Origin: Pelomyxa schiedti
Lineage: Eukaryota; Protista; Evosea
NCBI GenBank assembly: GCA_020536535.1
Contig: JAHLWZ010000573.1
Span: forward strand, 1-64,000
Length of the DNA stretch: 64,000 bases
Reading direction: 5' to 3'
Both the position numbers and the translations under genes were made by a program. The notes below the pieces were generated by a model that ran no database searches, was not told the origin of the DNA, and was given only the letters and a program-made list of their open reading frames with translations. Numbering within the stretch: position 1 is the stretch's first letter; every line of letters begins with the position of its first letter. Shown piece after piece: positions 61,026-64,000 of this stretch.

Positions 61026-62013
61026 ATGGCAACGGCGACGGGGGGCGGGGGAATGACTACGACGCTGCAGGTGTATCAGTATATAATGGACGACGTGGTG
61101 GCCAAGGTTGCCGACGAGTTCCGCGCGCAGGGCCTCGATGAGTCCCTCCTAGACACCCTCAGGACTGTATGCTCACTCAGACTTTTTTTTTTGGAGCGTT
61201 TGTTTGCTTGGCTGCGTTGGCTTTTTAATTGTGGGGCATTCATATGAATGGGATAATTATTGTCATAAAATGGAATGGAGACGTGGGAGGAGAAGCTTAT
61301 GGAGACTGGGGCTGTGTCTCCGCCTGTTGCTACCGTGCCGGCACTTATTCCAACATTCATCACTCACCGTGGGCCCCCGATGATGCGCCCACCTCCGCAG
61401 TACCCTCTCGATGCATACCCTACCGCTTATGCGTATGCTAATCAGTATGGATATGCTACTGTAGGCATTTTGCCCCTCACAAACCTTAACACTTAACATG
61501 TGCTCAGGCAATGCCAGGGGCTCCTCCCGAACTTCTTCCACCTCCACCAACTGAAGCATATATGCCGGTACTTTCAAAATTTGACCAAAAGAAGTACTAA
61601 TTTGGAAAATAGAGGAGACCAACTGAACCGCCCAGAAGAGGCAGACCAAAGAAAATAAGTAATTTTCTTCCTTGTTTCCTTTTTAATCACTGATGACTGG
61701 TCTAGACACAAGACCCGGTAGTGACCAAGTAGATGGGAAAAATGACCTGCAGCCGTCCACTCCATCACACTCCCCATCACCTCGCACACCCAGAGCTGCT
61801 ACTCCACGATATGACGGGGGGCCGCTGGGTTCTGATGATGACATTGACAGTGAGGATGATGAATTCCCAAATCCAAGTGATCTGGTACTTTGCCTGTGGG
61901 AGAAGGTCACACGTGTAAAGACCAAGAGGAAAGTAGTACTCCGAGATGGAATAATGCACCTCAAAGATAGAGAAACACTCTTCAGTGTTGCAACTGGAGA
62001 GTTTGACTTTTAA
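61026..62013 (+). CDS. GTF2A1: Transcription factor IIA large (alpha/beta) subunit
   Basis: VYQYIMDDVV..EFRAQGLDESLLDTLRT|TWEEKL, QVDG, LGSDDD..LVLCLWEKVTRVKTK..LRDGIM..GEFDF*. Confidence 0.93.
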
Positions 62014-62066
62014 ATAACTGAAATGCAAAAAAAAAAAAAAAAAAAAAAAAAGGAAACTCTTTCTAT

Positions 62067-63797
62067 TCAGTCGGCACCAAGGATGAGAGGATTCAAATCC
62101 TTTGTGTTTGTTGCTGGGTCATTGTTTCCCCAGTCCCACATGAGCATACTCTTCTTTTCATTTGCATCCATTGTGCTACCAATTTCGAGTATTGCCTTTT
62201 GTGTGTAAGGAATCAAAATTACGCGTACTATTGGCCCAGAAGATGAATCAGGATTACACTTCCACTTTGCAATCACAGTCCAATTCCCACTGAAATCACT
62301 ATCTGTATGCAGTACAAAGGCCTGATACATAGCAGACAGGAGAAGGTAGTCACCCCAGGCAGAAATCTGTATGTTATTGAACATGGCGGCTTTGGTAATA
62401 GCCCACATGTTGGTATTAGGGAGTGGTATTGCTGACGGTGTTCTGTCCTGAAAGTTAACTGCCGACCAATATGTAGGATTCCAGAGGAACAGTGCCTGTG
62501 ACTTGAGGCTGTTGAAGCACATGCAGTCAAGAATGGATGCCCTTGCTGGTACATGTAGTGTGCATACTATTTCCAGTGAACGCGGTGATATAAACAACAG
62601 GTGATCATTCTTGATGCAAGCAACCATCACAGGGTTATTTTGGCTATCTCTTCCCCACGTTGCCACGACAGAGTAGTAGCATTGTGCTGCCGTAGATGTA
62701 GCCACTTGGTTGGTCTTGCATTCAAATGTAGCGTGAGTAGCTGTTTCCTCCACCACCGTAATACTGGATATAACGCACACAGGGGGATTCACACCTGGAG
62801 GGAGAGAGAACCCTATCAGGCAGTTGAGCTCCGGAATCCACTCCAGGCAGTCATCACCCCAGGCAGCAGATAGCTTGACTGAAGCCACCCTATTCCACAC
62901 ATTTCCATCACTGTCGGTGATCCGGCTATCTCCTTCCTCACTTTCTGTTGTGCGGTCCCCATACGGGGCTTCTGTAACTGAGGTGGAGCTCTTGTTGATA
63001 CGAACACCCCTGGCCTCCCACATCTCCAGATAAAGCTGCTTGCTTGCTGATTCAGCAATTACACCTATCCTCAGTACTTTAGGTATTTCCAGGGTCTCAG
63101 CATCACATCCCGCTAGTTGTATTTCATTGGTGAGTGCATATTGATACTATTTATAGTGAATAAACCTTCCCAACAAAAAAAAAAATGAATATATATAAGA
63201 AACAAGTAGATATCACTTCTCAGGAGAATAAAGATAAGAAAAAAAAGAAAAAAAAAAAAAATACAGCAAAGCACAGCACATATATAGGACATAGGACACA
63301 CGGGACGGAGGATGCGTTGCGGGGCAGGGCATTGGCATGCACGCTACCGTTCTGGAGAACGGACACCGCTGGCACCCGTTCCTCCTCTGCACGTTGGCTA
63401 TCGACCCACTCACTCGCACCACCCCAACACCAACACCGCCCCCGCTCCCCGTGCTCGTGCTCGTGCTCGTGCCGCCTGTGGGCAAAGCCGTGCGGGGCAC
63501 AACCGCGAGCATCACAGTGTGGGCCACGGAGGAGGGCGAGACGGGACTCCAGGTGGGCCGCCCCCGCTCCGTCGAGACCGCCAGGTACACCACCTCCTCC
63601 CTCAGCGCTGCGCGTGGTGGTGGTGGTGGCGGTGGCGCGGGCGCAGTCGTGGACGTGGTGGCGACCGCGCTGACCAACGGGGGTTCCGGTTGCGAAGGCG
63701 GCTTGGTTTGTTCCCCTGCCTGCAAGGCAGTGGCGGTCGCGGGCGACCCAACATCGCCCCCGCTTGCCGTCGCGGTGGTTGATGCCGATGAGCCCAT
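62067..63797 (-). CDS. Hypothetical protein with a possible N-myristoylation signal and a beta-rich C-terminal domain
   Basis: MGSSAS start (G2, S6). One AT-rich intron at about 63113-63298 joins to the 318-aa ORF. Confidence 0.6.
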
Positions 63798-64000
63798 ACA
63801 GCGACAGAATTGTTTGTGTTTGGTTGTGGACTGGCGCAGGCACTTCTCACAAGTCACAGCACTCCATCCCGAGAGGTTGGTACTTGTCTCCACCAGAAGA
63901 AACAAGTACCGGCACCGACAGAGAAGAAGGAGTATGAAACTAACAGATCATCATGTGTATTTGGAAGAAAAAAAGAAAAGGAGGAACAAGAGGCAGGATG

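Noticed and set aside
62027-62051. A25 tract as a retroposon tail
   Set aside because: The upstream TFIIA gene retains introns, there is no target-site duplication, and A/T runs are common in spacers and introns here.

Overview
Gene-dense, intron-rich eukaryotic DNA. About 22 spliced protein-coding genes were reconstructed by eye, with GT-AG introns mostly 40-55 nt and intergenic gaps often under 200 bp. No rRNA, tRNA, CRISPR or autonomous transposon was recognised. An intron-containing pyruvate:ferredoxin oxidoreductase (PFO), a ferredoxin-nitroreductase and a DUF5714-type protein sit beside amoebozoan-style genes (STAT-type SH2, class I-like PI3K, coactosin-LIM, possible CudA-like). This points to an anaerobic amoebozoan such as an archamoeba (Pelomyxa-like), which is an inference. 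Housekeeping genes: NBR1-like, SEY1, STE20 kinase, NUP133, M18BP1-like, FAM133, TBC1D15-like, TFIIA. Most notable observations: (1) a divergent PFO whose short N-terminal extension carries a c-Myc-like NLS (PSAKKAKVD), suggesting nuclear acetyl-CoA production in an anaerobe; (2) a tandem pair of prokaryote-type anaerobe genes (Fd-nitroreductase plus a presequence-bearing DUF5714 protein); (3) a stand-alone PKS/FAS starter-unit acyltransferase, present in two copies through a microhomology-bounded 3.4-kb duplication or circle junction at the window start; (4) unusual domain fusions (TRIM-FN3-UEV, pseudo-GTPase-DH-PH-FYVE, ADF-H-LIM with a twin Cys/His motif) and a novel 34-aa repeat protein. 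Exon boundaries and family calls come from manual reading and motif recall, not database searches.
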